Shown: positions 18,250 to 29,075, counted from the stretch's first letter. The stretch is 33,759 bases of DNA from Thermoplasmatota archaeon (GCA_031961525.1 JAVRLI010000003.1:1-33759); one strand, 5' to 3'. Numbers and translations are program-made. Notes: generated by a model not told the origin, from the letters alone.

Positions 18250-18875
18250 ATTTTTTCAAGCCTTTTCCTGAATTCATAAAGTCTGAAGATATAGGAAATA
18301 AAATATCCAAGAGAGGCTGTGAAAAAAGAATAAAGAATTATCCAATATGGGAAAAAGGAAATTCCACCTGTAATATCAACATTGGATGCCCAGGGAACAT
18401 TGAAGTATTTAACACTGGCATTTAAAAGGAAATCGTAAAGCCAAGTGAAAATCGCAATGATGAATATGAATGTAACAATCATGGGCTTCATCTGATCCCC
18501 TGATACCTTCATCTGTTCCTGCATTACCTTAGCCTGAATCTTATTGTACTTTTCAATCTTTCCCATGTCCCTCTGTCTGTAGGCTTCCCTGATTTTCTGT
18601 GAAAGGTATTTTGTTTTTTCCTGTATTCTCGCCATCTGGAACCAGTCCATGAAATAGTGCCTTGCATATGTATTTACTATTGTTAATAAAATACCTGTTG
18701 CAATAATTGTTAATATGGGATATTCTCCGTTGAAACCAAAGATTGGATTGAAAATATAACCCATACCTATGGCAAGCGCATTTCTTAAATCTGGAAAGAG
18801 AAAAATGGTCATAACTACCATTATGAAAACGAAGTACAAGCCGGTCATTCCCATGGGGTTTTTTTGGTCAGCCAT
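18246..18875 (-). CDS. DUF106 / EMC3-TMCO1 (Oxa1 superfamily) membrane insertase
   Basis: TM, coiled coil, KPMIVT..TM, WIILY..TM; conserved position after secY-adk. Confidence 0.88.
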   Translation of the reverse strand: MADQKNPMGMTGLYFVFIMVVMTIFLFPDLRNALAIGMGYIFNPIFGFNGEYPILTIIATGILLTIVNTYARHYFMDWFQMARIQEKTKYLSQKIREAYRQRDMGKIEKYNKIQAKVMQEQMKVSGDQMKPMIVTFIFIIAIFTWLYDFLLNASVKYFNVPWASNVDITGGISFFPYWIILYSFFTASLGYFISYIFRLYEFRKRLEKI

Positions 18876-19416
18876 GTTTTATCATGCTCACAAGATCATT
18901 AACAGCCTTATCAACTTTTCCCTCTTCATTTTTAATTATAACAACAGTAGCCCCCGAAAGGACAGAACAGGATGTGGCAAACGATCTGTTGATTTCCTGT
19001 TGAATTCTTATGCTTTCCTGGCTTTCATTGTCCCTTGCCCTTGTTGTATCCCTGCTCCTTCTTGCATAAATATCCTCAGGATTTGCTTCAATTAAAACAA
19101 GCATGGACGGTTTTATTTCCCTCAGAACCCATTCTGGAAGACCGGGTAAATAGCCTGATGGTGTTTTAATGCTCATATGTGTATCAATGATAACATTCTC
19201 CATTTTTCCAATTTCTTCCCCTGCCCTTCTCTGTATTTCCCTCTGTTTTTCTGCAGGAAGTTTTCTTATCTCATCCCTGTTTTTCACACCCATGCCTTTT
19301 GCAATTTCCAACATAACATCTCCATAGTTCACTATTTTCATACCTGTTATTTTCGAAACGCCATCCATAATTGTTGATTTACCAACACCCGGAACACCTG
19401 TAACAACTATCCTCAT
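18868..19416 (-). CDS. adkA: Adenylate kinase (archaeal type)
   Basis: VTGVPGVGKST, RDEIRKL, DTH, GYLPGLP, RR.RD.TR.RD motifs. Confidence 0.95.
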   Translation of the reverse strand: MRIVVTGVPGVGKSTIMDGVSKITGMKIVNYGDVMLEIAKGMGVKNRDEIRKLPAEKQREIQRRAGEEIGKMENVIIDTHMSIKTPSGYLPGLPEWVLREIKPSMLVLIEANPEDIYARRSRDTTRARDNESQESIRIQQEINRSFATSCSVLSGATVVIIKNEEGKVDKAVNDLVSMIKHG

Positions 19417-19419
19417 AAA

Positions 19420-21228
19420 TCATCCCTCAAAAAACTGTCTTATTACAGGATGCATTTCCATAAGCTGCTCCCTTCCCATTGCCTCATAGAACTGTATCAA
19501 TATACCTACTGTAAGCAAAACACCCGTGCCGGTTGTATTACCAACCGTTCCTATCAAACCAGCAAATGCTGCAAGTGCACCAACAGCAGCACCGCTGAAT
19601 ATTGTTATTGGTGGTATGTATTTGCTAAGAACACTCTCAATAACCTTTGGTTCCCTCCTGAAACCAGGTATCTGCATACCGCTGCTTATAATTTGCTTTG
19701 CAACAGCCTGTGCATTCATATTTGTTGTATCTATCCAGAACTTTGCAAAAAGAATGCTCATTCCTATCATAAAGAATGTGTATGCAAGCACATGGATTAT
19801 ATTCTGAAGAACGGTGTGACCAAGCAGGGCGGCACCGTATATAGATGGTTCCATGATTGGTAAAAGCCATTCACCCAGACCATTTATGTTGTTCAGATAG
19901 AATGCAAGTCCCCCTATAGGTGTGGTCTGCTGTATTCCATACATCTGGGCCTGCTGTGGTGTGGGATAAACACCAAGCCAGGGGTTATGGCCAAGAATTG
20001 GAACTTTTGAAAGTGTTGGGTTTGTCCAGAAAATCAAAGTCCACATGGTAACATTGGCAAGCAATGCTGAGGTCAAAATAACAGGTATGTTTGATGCATA
20101 AAGAAGCTTAATTGGATATCTTCCCCTTGCACCCCTTACCCTTTCATGAGCAAGGGGCAATTCAATCTTGGTGCTTTCTGTCCAGGCAACAAGGAAGAAT
20201 ATTATTGTTGTTCCAATAAGTGCTATTATTGGATTTGGCTGACCAAAAATAAGCGTTTCAATCCTTCCATTGTAGAGATCGCTTGCTGAAAAGTGTGAGA
20301 GTAAATATACAGTCTTTGGAATAACACCGCTTGGTGGATTCATCACCGAAAGTGGCTGTCCAGGATGGGGAGGGATCCAGTTTATTGTTCCTGTTATTAA
20401 GGCCTGGGAAACACCTGCAGCTATGAAGAGAGAGATACCTGATCCTATACCCCATTTACTCACGAGTTCATCCATAAGAAAGACAACATATGAACCGAAG
20501 AAAAGCTGTAAAACAATGAATGTCTGTGCAAGGAACATACCATGGCTTGGCCAGATTCCATTTAACATGGAAACAAATGAATTATCCGGTGTTAAATATC
20601 CAAAAACCTGAGGTATGGCCTCAACAAAGATCATGATGATAACAAGAAGCTTCTGCACCCCCTGATACATGGCCCTGTCCTCTTCCTCACCAAGATCCAG
20701 ATTTATTAATTTAGCACCAACAAAAAGCTGCATTATTATGCTCGCCGTAACTATTGGTCCAATACCAAGATGCATGAGTGTTCCTGATGCACCTGCCATT
20801 ATTGCCCTGAAGGATGAAAAAACATCAAGCATTGTGCTCGTGTTAAGTCCATAAATGTATATGTTTGTCATTATGAAATATACAATCAATACAAGACCTG
20901 TCCATAATAGCTTCTCCCTGAACCTCACATGCCTCTGTGGCTTCTTTATTATGGGCAATTTTTCAACAAGAGGCTTTAAACCATAAAGTTTGCTTTTCTT
21001 TTCTCCCTTATATGATGCTATAAGGTAGGATAGATAATATAAAGGACCAACAAGTAATGTAAAGATTAAAGGATCAACCCAGTCCTTTTCAATGTATGAA
21101 AAAAATGATCCAAAATCAAGGATCTTTCCTGCAAGGTAATCAACATAAAAATAAAGTGTAAGGATAAAAATTAAAAGTATTACAATGCCCACTGCCCTGT
21201 TTCTCGGTATTTTTTCCGATTCAGGCAT
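19420..21228 (-). CDS. secY: Protein translocase subunit SecY (Sec61alpha type)
   Basis: EKLLWTG, GTLMHLGIGPIVTASIIMQL, DELVSKWGIGSGISLFIAAGV, YPIKLLYASNIPVIL, MQIPGFR, GTGVLLTVGI. Confidence 0.97.
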   Translation of the reverse strand: MPESEKIPRNRAVGIVILLIFILTLYFYVDYLAGKILDFGSFFSYIEKDWVDPLIFTLLVGPLYYLSYLIASYKGEKKSKLYGLKPLVEKLPIIKKPQRHVRFREKLLWTGLVLIVYFIMTNIYIYGLNTSTMLDVFSSFRAIMAGASGTLMHLGIGPIVTASIIMQLFVGAKLINLDLGEEEDRAMYQGVQKLLVIIMIFVEAIPQVFGYLTPDNSFVSMLNGIWPSHGMFLAQTFIVLQLFFGSYVVFLMDELVSKWGIGSGISLFIAAGVSQALITGTINWIPPHPGQPLSVMNPPSGVIPKTVYLLSHFSASDLYNGRIETLIFGQPNPIIALIGTTIIFFLVAWTESTKIELPLAHERVRGARGRYPIKLLYASNIPVILTSALLANVTMWTLIFWTNPTLSKVPILGHNPWLGVYPTPQQAQMYGIQQTTPIGGLAFYLNNINGLGEWLLPIMEPSIYGAALLGHTVLQNIIHVLAYTFFMIGMSILFAKFWIDTTNMNAQAVAKQIISSGMQIPGFRREPKVIESVLSKYIPPITIFSGAAVGALAAFAGLIGTVGNTTGTGVLLTVGILIQFYEAMGREQLMEMHPVIRQFFEG

Positions 21229-21649
21229 TGAGTTCTACCCCACCACCTTTCTCTTCCAGTTTCCTCCTTGCAATTTTGCTTGCCTTCATCACCCTGATTT
21301 TCATTTTTTCATCCACATCCCCTGTACCAAGTAATTTGGTATATCCTGCGGAGGAAAGATCAACATTCCATACACCATTTTCAAACTTTGCAAATCCAAG
21401 ATCGGCAAATAATTGCAACTTTTCCTGAACATCCCTGAGATTTATTGTTATATCCTCTCTGGAAGGATGATGGCTTGTGAAACCATGCCTTCCCCAGTGT
21501 TCCCTGAAGTATTTGTTTAACCATATCCATTTATGTTTACCAAGACCTGCCAGACCCTTCCCACCTTTAAGGCCATGGCCCCTTCTACCCTTCATGCCAT
21601 GGCCATGCCTTCTGTATCCCCTAAATTTTCTACCTCTGCTGTATGACAT
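21221..21649 (-). CDS. rpl15: 50S ribosomal protein L15 (uL15)
   Basis: GGKGLAGLGKHKW, GRHGF, KLLGTG; operon position. Confidence 0.95.
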   Translation of the reverse strand: MSYSRGRKFRGYRRHGHGMKGRRGHGLKGGKGLAGLGKHKWIWLNKYFREHWGRHGFTSHHPSREDITINLRDVQEKLQLFADLGFAKFENGVWNVDLSSAGYTKLLGTGDVDEKMKIRVMKASKIARRKLEEKGGGVELNA

Positions 21650-21650
21650 T

Positions 21651-22115
21651 TTAAATCACCATCATTCTTCTTATCAACTCATTTATTTCCTTTCCCCTGT
21701 AACCAAGATCACCCATTTCCTTTATGGATCTCTTTGTGTTTTTGTACCCTCCCCTTGGAGGGTTGAGTCTGAAAACAGGCTTTATGTTTGGCAGATCATT
21801 GTAATTTATCTTTTTCTCCATTATTGCGTTAACAAGATCCTCAACACTCTTGAAGTTTATTGATTCAAGGTAACCCTGATCTATTGGCTTATCACCCATA
21901 ATCCTTCCCCTTTTAACTATAAGTTCCTCAAGTGTTTTTTTATCAATTTCTCCCCATGTTATGTAATCCTTTGCCTTTTCAAGCATACCAATGATTGATG
22001 GTGTCTTTGGAAGTATAACAAGATGGTTGACCCTTGTTAACCTTAAGTATTTTAAAGTCTTTTCAACATCACTATTTACACCGGCCCTACCTCTTATCCT
22101 GATCGCCGCCAACAT
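21651..22115 (-). CDS. rpl30: 50S ribosomal protein L30 (uL30)
   Basis: [37 protein letters not shown]; GGAGG RBS supports ATG 22115. Confidence 0.95.
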   Translation of the reverse strand: MLAAIRIRGRAGVNSDVEKTLKYLRLTRVNHLVILPKTPSIIGMLEKAKDYITWGEIDKKTLEELIVKRGRIMGDKPIDQGYLESINFKSVEDLVNAIMEKKINYNDLPNIKPVFRLNPPRGGYKNTKRSIKEMGDLGYRGKEINELIRRMMVI

Positions 22116-22761
22116 TGAATCCACCTCCCTTGTAAATTGCAAGGTTAACAGTTATCTTTTCATTTAATTTCATAACCGCTGTCTGTTTCAATGCGTTGAA
22201 TGTTGCAATTGCATAATTAACAGTTGTTTTTGTATGTCCGGATGTGAAACCCCATGCATCCTGTATTCCCGCCAGTCTGAGAACATCCTTTGCCACATCT
22301 CCAACCGCAAGACCAACACCGCGTGGTGCAGGTTTTAAAACCACACGGACCGATCCTGATGAACCCTCCACCTTGAATGGAAGTGAATGCGGTCTGTTGC
22401 ATCCGCATTCCCAGGATCCACAGCCCCTTTTTATTTCAATGATATTTAACTTTGCGTTATCAACAGCCTTCTTTATTACAGGTCCAACTTCCTTTCCCTT
22501 TGCCCTTCCTATTCCAACAAAACCATCCCTGTTTCCAACTACAACTGTAACAGAGAACTTTGTCCTTCTTCCAGAATCGGTCATTCTCTGAACCATCTTT
22601 ATATCAACAACCTTTTCCTCAAGGTTGGGTAAAAGCATGTTCACTATTTCAGGTTCCTTCAATGGTAACCTTGTTCTTAATGCTTCTGACATGGATGTTA
22701 TCTTACCTTCAGCAACAAGCTTTCCCAGTTTTGTCCTTGGATACCATGTTTCTTCAGCCAT
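22087..22761 (-). CDS. rps5: 30S ribosomal protein S5 (uS5)
   Basis: [32 protein letters not shown]. Confidence 0.97.
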   Translation of the reverse strand: MAEETWYPRTKLGKLVAEGKITSMSEALRTRLPLKEPEIVNMLLPNLEEKVVDIKMVQRMTDSGRRTKFSVTVVVGNRDGFVGIGRAKGKEVGPVIKKAVDNAKLNIIEIKRGCGSWECGCNRPHSLPFKVEGSSGSVRVVLKPAPRGVGLAVGDVAKDVLRLAGIQDAWGFTSGHTKTTVNYAIATFNALKQTAVMKLNEKITVNLAIYKGGGFNVGGDQDKR

Positions 22762-23258
22762 CAGACCACCATCCTTGATTTAATTTCCTCAATTTTATTC
22801 TTAATTTCAGGGTTCAAATGTTCACCATTAATTCTTTCCTGTGATGGAAGAATATCCTCATCATGAGGTATATCTATACCAGCATCAATCATACCCTTCA
22901 GTGCTGCAAATACCCTTCCTCCCTTTGTTGGTGTGTTCCTTCCAATATCCAGGACAGCGTTTTCAATGTTCTCCTTCTTTGCCCTCAATCCAGCAAGGTA
23001 TCCTGTAAGGTAAGCCGCGGGAACAGATTTTGTTGAAAAGTTCCAGCCTAATTTTACAAGTTCCTTTGAGTTTGCCGATGCAACGATCCTGTCACCTGAA
23101 GGATCATAAAGTGCAAACTGAACAATTGTATTCCTTAATGTTTTTCTTACAACTGCCCTTGGAAGCTTTGATTTCAAAAGTTTAAGCCTTTTTCTGTAAT
23201 CGGTTTTATTTTCTCTTCTCCTTCTGAATTTAACTTTATATGTTGGCCCACTTTTCAT
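22761..23258 (-). CDS. rpl18: 50S ribosomal protein L18 (uL18)
   Basis: [34 protein letters not shown]. Confidence 0.97.
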   Translation of the reverse strand: MKSGPTYKVKFRRRRENKTDYRKRLKLLKSKLPRAVVRKTLRNTIVQFALYDPSGDRIVASANSKELVKLGWNFSTKSVPAAYLTGYLAGLRAKKENIENAVLDIGRNTPTKGGRVFAALKGMIDAGIDIPHDEDILPSQERINGEHLNPEIKNKIEEIKSRMVV

Positions 23259-23698
23259 TTTGCCTCACTCCCTTTAAGATGGAGCAACAGGTGTGCCCTG
23301 CTCTTGAACATACCTGCCTTTGCATAAAGGTAATATTTCCTGTAAGTTCTTCTGTCAATTTTTCCCTCTTTTTTCAATTTTCTCAGCTCATCCCTCAATG
23401 CCCTTATTGTTTTGATCCATCTTTCCTTTCTTGAAAGCCTTGCATATTTTGTACCCTTCCTTGAACCGGGTCCATTTCTAAGTCCCTTTCTGAGCTGTGC
23501 CTGTCTCTTTTTTATTCTTCCCCTTGAATTACCCTTCTTTGGCAATTTCTTAATCAAACCTCTTTTTATAAGCATTCTAACATCTGCCCTTGTTATTGCC
23601 TCCTCCACCTCTGAAAGTGCCTTTGGATCAATGTATACCCTTGAAATACCGCATTTTAATATATCAGCGGCAAGTCTTTTTTGAAAGGTAAGATCCAT
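23255..23698 (-). CDS. rpl19e: 50S ribosomal protein L19e
   Basis: QKRLAADILKCG, AITRADVR, GPGSRKG, WIKTIRALR. Confidence 0.97.
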   Translation of the reverse strand: MDLTFQKRLAADILKCGISRVYIDPKALSEVEEAITRADVRMLIKRGLIKKLPKKGNSRGRIKKRQAQLRKGLRNGPGSRKGTKYARLSRKERWIKTIRALRDELRKLKKEGKIDRRTYRKYYLYAKAGMFKSRAHLLLHLKGSEAK

Positions 23699-23699
23699 T

Positions 23700-24101
23700 T
23701 CACCTCACCACCTTTGGGTTCAATATTTTGAATCCAAGCTCCATTGCCCTTTTCTCTATGATCTCCCTTTTTCTCATGCCAACGGATGCTCCTATCCTTA
23801 TTGCATCCAGGGATGGATCAAGCTTTTCAAGTTCCTTTTCGTTATGAACAAGAACATCCCTGTAACCTGAAGGATGCAAATATCTTACTGCCCTTGGTCC
23901 CCTGAAACCTGAATCAACAACAGGTGGCCTGTACTTTCTGTGCTCCCTTAACTTTGAATGCTTTCCTTTTGGTTTTCTCCAGGCCTCACCAAGCTTTTTG
24001 TACCTAAACCATTCCTGTCTTCTGAAAAGGGGCCTTCTTCTGGCAATCTCAAGCTTGAGCATGAACAACCTTTTTAGATTTTTATCCATTTTTCTCATCA
24101 T
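23700..24101 (-). CDS. rpl32e: 50S ribosomal protein L32e
   Basis: [26 protein letters not shown]. Confidence 0.96.
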   Translation of the reverse strand: MMRKMDKNLKRLFMLKLEIARRRPLFRRQEWFRYKKLGEAWRKPKGKHSKLREHRKYRPPVVDSGFRGPRAVRYLHPSGYRDVLVHNEKELEKLDPSLDAIRIGASVGMRKREIIEKRAMELGFKILNPKVVR

Positions 24102-24640
24102 TCATCACCCTTACTAACAATGTAAATTCCATCCTGAAATACCCTGGGATCATAATCCTTAATCCTCGTTGCCCTTTCAATGTTTGCGGCGGTCTGACCT
24201 ACATCCTCAATGTTTATTCCTGTAACGGTGACTGTATCTCCCTTTACCTCCACCTTAACATCTCCTTTTATGTATGTTTTCCTGGGAGCTTTTTCTCCCA
24301 TGAAGTTTTCAATAATAACCTCATTTCCCTTAACACTCACCTTCATGGGGAAGTGTGCGTAAACAATTTTAAGTTTATATGTGAATCCCTGGGTTACACC
24401 CCTTATCATATTTTTAACATGAGCCTGCCAGGTTCCGGCAAGTGCGGCATCCTTTTTCTTTGGTAAATCGCATTTTATTGTTATTGTTCTATTTTCAATT
24501 TCCATTTTCACCCTGTCATCCATGAATTCCCTTGTTAATTTTCCCTTCGGTCCCGTAACCTCAAGTATTCCATTTTCGTATTTTACCTGAACATTTTCAG
24601 GGACGTTAACCTTTAAATTTATTATTTCACTTACTGGCAT
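24098..24640 (-). CDS. rpl6: 50S ribosomal protein L6 (uL6)
   Basis: [29 protein letters not shown]. Confidence 0.97.
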   Translation of the reverse strand: MPVSEIINLKVNVPENVQVKYENGILEVTGPKGKLTREFMDDRVKMEIENRTITIKCDLPKKKDAALAGTWQAHVKNMIRGVTQGFTYKLKIVYAHFPMKVSVKGNEVIIENFMGEKAPRKTYIKGDVKVEVKGDTVTVTGINIEDVGQTAANIERATRIKDYDPRVFQDGIYIVSKGDE

Positions 24641-24652
24641 ATTTTTGCACCT

Positions 24653-25042
24653 TCAATAAACATATGCTATAAGTTTACCTCCAATACCGTTCTTCTTTGC
24701 TTCAGCGTGGGTCATTAGTCCCTTGTTTGTGGATATGATGAGTATACCGAAGTCCTGTGCAGGAAGATACCTTGCCTCATATTTCTCAATATCCTCCCTT
24801 TTAACAGAGAACCTTGGTTTTATTGCACCGCAGCTGTTTATGGATGGCTGTAGCTTAACCCTGAATATTCCACCCCTTCCGTTGTCAATGAACTCAAATT
24901 CCTTCACGTAGTTGTAATCCTGCATGATCTTTAGAACCCTGCCTATGAGCTTTGATGCAGGTTTTATTTCAACATCTATCTTTCCGATGTTTACCGAATT
25001 TTTTATTTTGCTCAATGCATCACTTAATGGATCGTTCTGCAA
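24653..25042 (-). CDS. rps8: 30S ribosomal protein S8 (uS8)
   Basis: [32 protein letters not shown]; TTG start with GAGGTGA RBS. Confidence 0.97.
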   Translation of the reverse strand: MQNDPLSDALSKIKNSVNIGKIDVEIKPASKLIGRVLKIMQDYNYVKEFEFIDNGRGGIFRVKLQPSINSCGAIKPRFSVKREDIEKYEARYLPAQDFGILIISTNKGLMTHAEAKKNGIGGKLIAYVY

Positions 25043-25053
25043 GTGTGATCACC

Positions 25054-25215
25054 TCACGAATATTTTTTAAATCCAAGTTCTTCAGCAACTTCCCTAAAGC
25101 ATTGCCTGCAAAGGTGCAATCCATATCTCCTAACTATTCCTCTTTTCCTTCCGCACCTATCGCAACCCTGTACCCTTCCATACTTCTTTTTTGGTCTTAA
25201 CTTTGGCTGTGCCAT
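25054..25215 (-). CDS. rps14: 30S ribosomal protein S14 (uS14, Zn type; 53 aa; not in ORF track)
   Basis: Manual translation [53 protein letters not shown]; lies between rpl5 and rps8. Confidence 0.96.
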   Translation of the reverse strand: MAQPKLRPKKKYGRVQGCDRCGRKRGIVRRYGLHLCRQCFREVAEELGFKKYS

Positions 25216-25217
25216 AT

Positions 25218-25745
25218 TTATTTCACCCCAACAATTTCAATGTTGAACCTTTTCTTCATAAATTCCATTGCCTCCTCCCTTGTTACCCTGTGCCTTTTTG
25301 GTATCTGCCTTGTGTTAATTTTTCTATACTTTACCCTGTATCCACCTCTTCTTTTGAATGTAACGCTAATATCCATACCAAAAATACCAATCTCAGGGTC
25401 ATACTTTACACCCTGGAAGCTTGTGTAATCCTTTATACCGAAACTCAATGATCCAGTTTCATCGAATGAGTATTCTGGAAGTTTGTAATTTTTTACCCAC
25501 AAAGCCCTGTTAAGGAAATCCTCAGCCTCCTTTTTTCTCAATGTAACCTTCGTACCTATTGGCTGTCTTTTTCTAATATTGAAATCCCTTATTGTCTGTC
25601 TTGCCTTTGTTTCAATTGGTTTTTTTCCAGTGAGAATTTCAATTACCCTTTCAGCTTTTTTAAGCTTCTCTCCGCCTTCACCAACACCAATGTTGATTAC
25701 AACCTTTTCAACCATAACTTCCCTCATTGGATTATCACTGTTCAT
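25218..25745 (-). CDS. rpl5: 50S ribosomal protein L5 (uL5)
   Basis: [36 protein letters not shown]. Confidence 0.97.
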   Translation of the reverse strand: MNSDNPMREVMVEKVVINIGVGEGGEKLKKAERVIEILTGKKPIETKARQTIRDFNIRKRQPIGTKVTLRKKEAEDFLNRALWVKNYKLPEYSFDETGSLSFGIKDYTSFQGVKYDPEIGIFGMDISVTFKRRGGYRVKYRKINTRQIPKRHRVTREEAMEFMKKRFNIEIVGVK

Positions 25746-26451
25746 TAAGGTTCACCTCCGGTATCTGTATAAGTGGTTTTGATGATCCAACAACAAATGT
25801 GTTATATTTTGTTGTTTCAAAACCTTCCTTGAATTTAACCATGTTTGGTGTTATGGCATTCACAACCTTGTAATCCTCAATCTTTGCAATCCTTCCAACA
25901 TTCTTTCCGCCTATTATGTATGCATAGTATCCCTCTGAAAATGGAAGATGTTCAAGTATCTGACCTGTTTTAAGATCTATCCTGAGGACATCACCTGTAT
26001 TATATTTTTTCTCATCAACAATTATGTTTCTTCCATCATGAAGTGAAATCTGGAATTTTCCACCCTTAATCGTCTTTATGTTCTCTATCCTTGAAAGTTT
26101 CCAGGTTGCTTCATTTTCACTAATTTCAACAAGTCTTAGCTTACCCTTTTTGTCAAAAAGAACCCTGAAGTGTTTGTTTATGGATGGTATTGATACGACA
26201 TCCATTATTCCAACAGGATACTTATGATCCGTTATTACCTTACCATCCACAAGTACGGTCCTTGATGCAACTATTCTCTTTGCCTCCCTTCCTGTTCCCG
26301 CTAGATTCAAATAATCCCTTAGGATTGTTGCGAGAGCAATGCTTCTATCTTTTGTATGGGGACCGCTTCTTGGTCTGAAAGTGAATTTGTTTTCCTTCCT
26401 GGGTATCTGTACAACCCTACTGAGGTTTAATCTCTTGAGGTGTTTGCTCAA
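25735..26451 (-). CDS. rps4e: 30S ribosomal protein S4e
   Basis: SKHLKRL, GPH, VLVDGKV..D.KYPVGIMDV, LHDGRN. TTG 26451 preferred (AGGTGA RBS). Confidence 0.95.
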   Translation of the reverse strand: MSKHLKRLNLSRVVQIPRKENKFTFRPRSGPHTKDRSIALATILRDYLNLAGTGREAKRIVASRTVLVDGKVITDHKYPVGIMDVVSIPSINKHFRVLFDKKGKLRLVEISENEATWKLSRIENIKTIKGGKFQISLHDGRNIIVDEKKYNTGDVLRIDLKTGQILEHLPFSEGYYAYIIGGKNVGRIAKIEDYKVVNAITPNMVKFKEGFETTKYNTFVVGSSKPLIQIPEVNLNEQ

Positions 26452-26836
26452 CGTTCTCACCTTCCTCTATAACTTTATTCTTTAATTTTGCAATATTCTT
26501 CAACCTTTCATACCTTACCTTATCGGAAAGGTCAAGCTTTGTTATAATAACATTTGATGCGTGGATCCATCTCGGCACCTGTTTCTTATCAGCCTTGCTT
26601 ATTAGAACACCTTCAACACTTATTGCCATTTTTTTAAGATCCACGCTCGATACCTTTCCTTCAGTACCCTTCCATAGACCCCTTATTATTTTCACAGTAT
26701 CACCCTTTCTGACAGGTAATGATCTTATACCATACTTTTCAACAAGTTCATCACTTAAATGTGATGATACCATTTTCCTCCTTTTATGTTTGGGAGCGTT
26801 GTAAATTTCCTTTCTTACCTTTCCTGGTTTAACCAT
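26417..26836 (-). CDS. rpl24: 50S ribosomal protein L24 (uL24)
   Basis: YNAPKHKRRK, RSLPVRKGDTV.IIRG KOW motif, IHASNV.IT.L.L.D; ATG 26836. Confidence 0.95.
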   Translation of the reverse strand: MVKPGKVRKEIYNAPKHKRRKMVSSHLSDELVEKYGIRSLPVRKGDTVKIIRGLWKGTEGKVSSVDLKKMAISVEGVLISKADKKQVPRWIHASNVIITKLDLSDKVRYERLKNIAKLKNKVIEEGENVEQTPQEIKPQ

Positions 26837-26846
26837 CAATACCACC

Positions 26847-27245
26847 TTAAACTATTGAGGAAGCTATTGCAGCTATCCTGGGCCATCTTTCCGCAGCTTC
26901 CCTTGCAACAGGTCCCTTTATTTCAGTTCCCTTTGTTTCCCCTGTCTCCGTTACAATTACAGCAGCATTATCCTCAAACCTTACCATTGTTCCATCCGGT
27001 CTTCTGAACGGCCTTCTCTGTCTTATGATCACTGCCCTCATCACCTTTTTCCTTGTTTCAGGTGTTCCCTTTTTAACACTAACAACAACCATGTCACCAA
27101 CACCCGCTGAAGGCTGTCTCCTCTTCGTGCTATGGTATGCTATAACCGTAATTATTTCAACAACCTTGGCTCCTGTGTTATCTGCACAATCTACTTCAGC
27201 ACCCGTTGGAAGACCTCTTGTCTGCCTGCCGGCAAGACCCTTCAT
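26847..27245 (-). CDS. rpl14: 50S ribosomal protein L14 (uL14)
   Basis: [37 protein letters not shown]. Confidence 0.97.
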   Translation of the reverse strand: MKGLAGRQTRGLPTGAEVDCADNTGAKVVEIITVIAYHSTKRRQPSAGVGDMVVVSVKKGTPETRKKVMRAVIIRQRRPFRRPDGTMVRFEDNAAVIVTETGETKGTEIKGPVAREAAERWPRIAAIASSIV

Positions 27246-27583
27246 TTCTTTTCACCTCCAAGGTTTTCAATTGCAACGAATGAAACGGTTTTTGAAAGTG
27301 GTCTGCATTCCATAAACCTTATTCTGTCACCTTCCTTTATTTCGAGGCAATCAGGTGCATGAACATGATACTTGCTCATCCTTTTCTCATACCTTTCATA
27401 CTTTTTGTTGTAATGTAAATAATCCCTTCTAACAACAACAGTTCTCTGCATTTTTGCACTTACAACCACGCCTTCCAGGATCTGCCCCCTTACCTTCAGA
27501 TTTCCATGGAACGGGCAGTTTTTATCGTTGCATTCCTTTTGGGGAGGCTTTACCTCAATACCAATGTTTTTCACATTCATCAC
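27242..27583 (-). CDS. rps17: 30S ribosomal protein S17 (uS17)
   Basis: [27 protein letters not shown]. Confidence 0.97.
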   Translation of the reverse strand: MMNVKNIGIEVKPPQKECNDKNCPFHGNLKVRGQILEGVVVSAKMQRTVVVRRDYLHYNKKYERYEKRMSKYHVHAPDCLEIKEGDRIRFMECRPLSKTVSFVAIENLGGEKK

Positions 27584-27813
27584 CTTCTTGAAATTCTATC
27601 GATGGGCCTGAATTTGATGGTTTTACCATCAATTACCCTGTTATTGATGTATATTTTAACAATATCCTTGGGTATTTTCTTTACACCATTTGATGTTTTT
27701 ACTACAAGCATGTTTTTACTCTCAAGTATTACCCTGCCTGATAAATTTTTCATGTTTGGATTCTTTGATTCAATTATTTTTATATCCTTTCCAATCAAAT
27801 TTATCCAGGTCAT
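27580..27813 (-). CDS. rnp1: Ribonuclease P protein component 1 (Rpp29/Pop4)
   Basis: LIG..I.I..S.NP....SG.VI.ESKNML, IPK, IDG..I..RP.DR; position between rpl29 and rps17. Confidence 0.88.
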   Translation of the reverse strand: MTWINLIGKDIKIIESKNPNMKNLSGRVILESKNMLVVKTSNGVKKIPKDIVKIYINNRVIDGKTIKFRPIDRISRR

Positions 27814-28016
27814 ACCCTTACACCCTTTTCCCTTAGCACTGTCTTTATTCTCGCAATCTGCCTCCTCAATGATTTAATTTTACCTGGATTATGCGGTGCA
27901 CCTCCAAGTGAAGATGATCCCCTTTCAATCAGAAGTTCGTTCTGCATATCCCTCAGTTTTTTTATTATATCCTCATTGCTCATTTCCCTGATCTGTTTCG
28001 CCTTTATCTCCTTCAT
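27810..28016 (-). CDS. rpl29: 50S ribosomal protein L29 (uL29)
   Basis: IREMS, NPGKIKSLRRQIARIKT. Confidence 0.95.
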   Translation of the reverse strand: MKEIKAKQIREMSNEDIIKKLRDMQNELLIERGSSSLGGAPHNPGKIKSLRRQIARIKTVLREKGVRV

Positions 28017-28623
28017 TCTTTATCTCCTCCTTTTTCTCAACTATTGATATTTCATCCGGTAACCTTGCATCCGGAGGTAATATTTTCACAGTTACACCTA
28101 TTATACCAGGTTTTGTTTTGGCAACAGCATAACCTACCCTTACAAGCTCTTTTGGCTTTCCTGAATACTTTATTTTTCCTTCTGTTATCTTTTCCCTTCT
28201 TGCCCTGTCACCGCCAAGCTTTCCGCTTATTATTACCTGTGCTCCCTTTGCACCAGCATCCATTATTCTTCTCAAAGTTGAATGTGCCGCTCTTCTGTAA
28301 TGCCATCCAGCCTCAAGTGCCATGGCAAGTTTCTTCGCCATGATCTGTGCATTCAAACTGGGATTTGGATCATCCCTTACCTCAATCTGCGGATTCTCAA
28401 GCCCGAACTTTGTTACCATTGTATCTGTTAGATCCTTAATCTTCGTTCCCTTCTTACCGATTATCAAACCTGGCTTTTCCACCTGCAGAACAATCCTTGT
28501 TCCCATGGGTGTTCTCTGTATCTCAAGGCCACCAAAACCTGCATTATCCGCAAACTGTTTGATGTATTCCTTAATCAACAACCTTTTAACGTTTTCCTGA
28601 ACGAATTTCTTCTCATCCATCAC
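27973..28623 (-). CDS. rps3: 30S ribosomal protein S3 (uS3)
   Basis: RTPMGT, KPGLIIGKKG KH motif, GAKGAQVIISGKL, PGIIGVTVKI. Confidence 0.97.
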   Translation of the reverse strand: MMDEKKFVQENVKRLLIKEYIKQFADNAGFGGLEIQRTPMGTRIVLQVEKPGLIIGKKGTKIKDLTDTMVTKFGLENPQIEVRDDPNPSLNAQIMAKKLAMALEAGWHYRRAAHSTLRRIMDAGAKGAQVIISGKLGGDRARREKITEGKIKYSGKPKELVRVGYAVAKTKPGIIGVTVKILPPDARLPDEISIVEKKEEIKNEGDKGETDQGNEQ

Positions 28624-29069
28624 TCCTCTACCTCCTTAACTATGATTTCAAAGTGCAGTGTTTCCTTGAAAAATTCAGTTGCCCTTCCCTGTGCCCTGGG
28701 AATGTATTTCTTTATTGTCCTTCCCTTCTTTGCAAGTATTGAGTGTATAACAAGTTTATCAACATCAAGATCCTGATTTTCAGCGTTTGCCTCAACGTTT
28801 TCAAGTAGTTTTAAAAGATACCTTGATACCTTAACTGGATACCTGCCTGGACCAATACCCTTTCTGTGTGAAACGGAATCAAGATGCCTTCTGAACGGTA
28901 CGGCCCTCTTTTTATCTATAACATCCTGAAGGAACTGTTCTGCATCCTTCAGCTTCATTCCGCGCAGTGCCCTGCATACCTCGTATGAATCCTTTATTGA
29001 GACGGGCACATCCACAAGCCTCGCACGGGCGGATCTTTTTGGCATTTCTTTAACAGTATACCTCATCAT
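28620..29069 (-). CDS. rpl22: 50S ribosomal protein L22 (uL22)
   Basis: AVPFRR, HRKG.GPGRYPVK, NVEANAE, PRAQGRA. Confidence 0.97.
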   Translation of the reverse strand: MMRYTVKEMPKRSARARLVDVPVSIKDSYEVCRALRGMKLKDAEQFLQDVIDKKRAVPFRRHLDSVSHRKGIGPGRYPVKVSRYLLKLLENVEANAENQDLDVDKLVIHSILAKKGRTIKKYIPRAQGRATEFFKETLHFEIIVKEVEE

Positions 29070-29075
29070 AATTCA

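Noticed and set aside
17725-18875. Absence of rpl34e and rpl14e around cmk
   Set aside because: Known loss in Thermoplasmata and other late-branching Euryarchaeota; a taxonomic marker, not a novelty.
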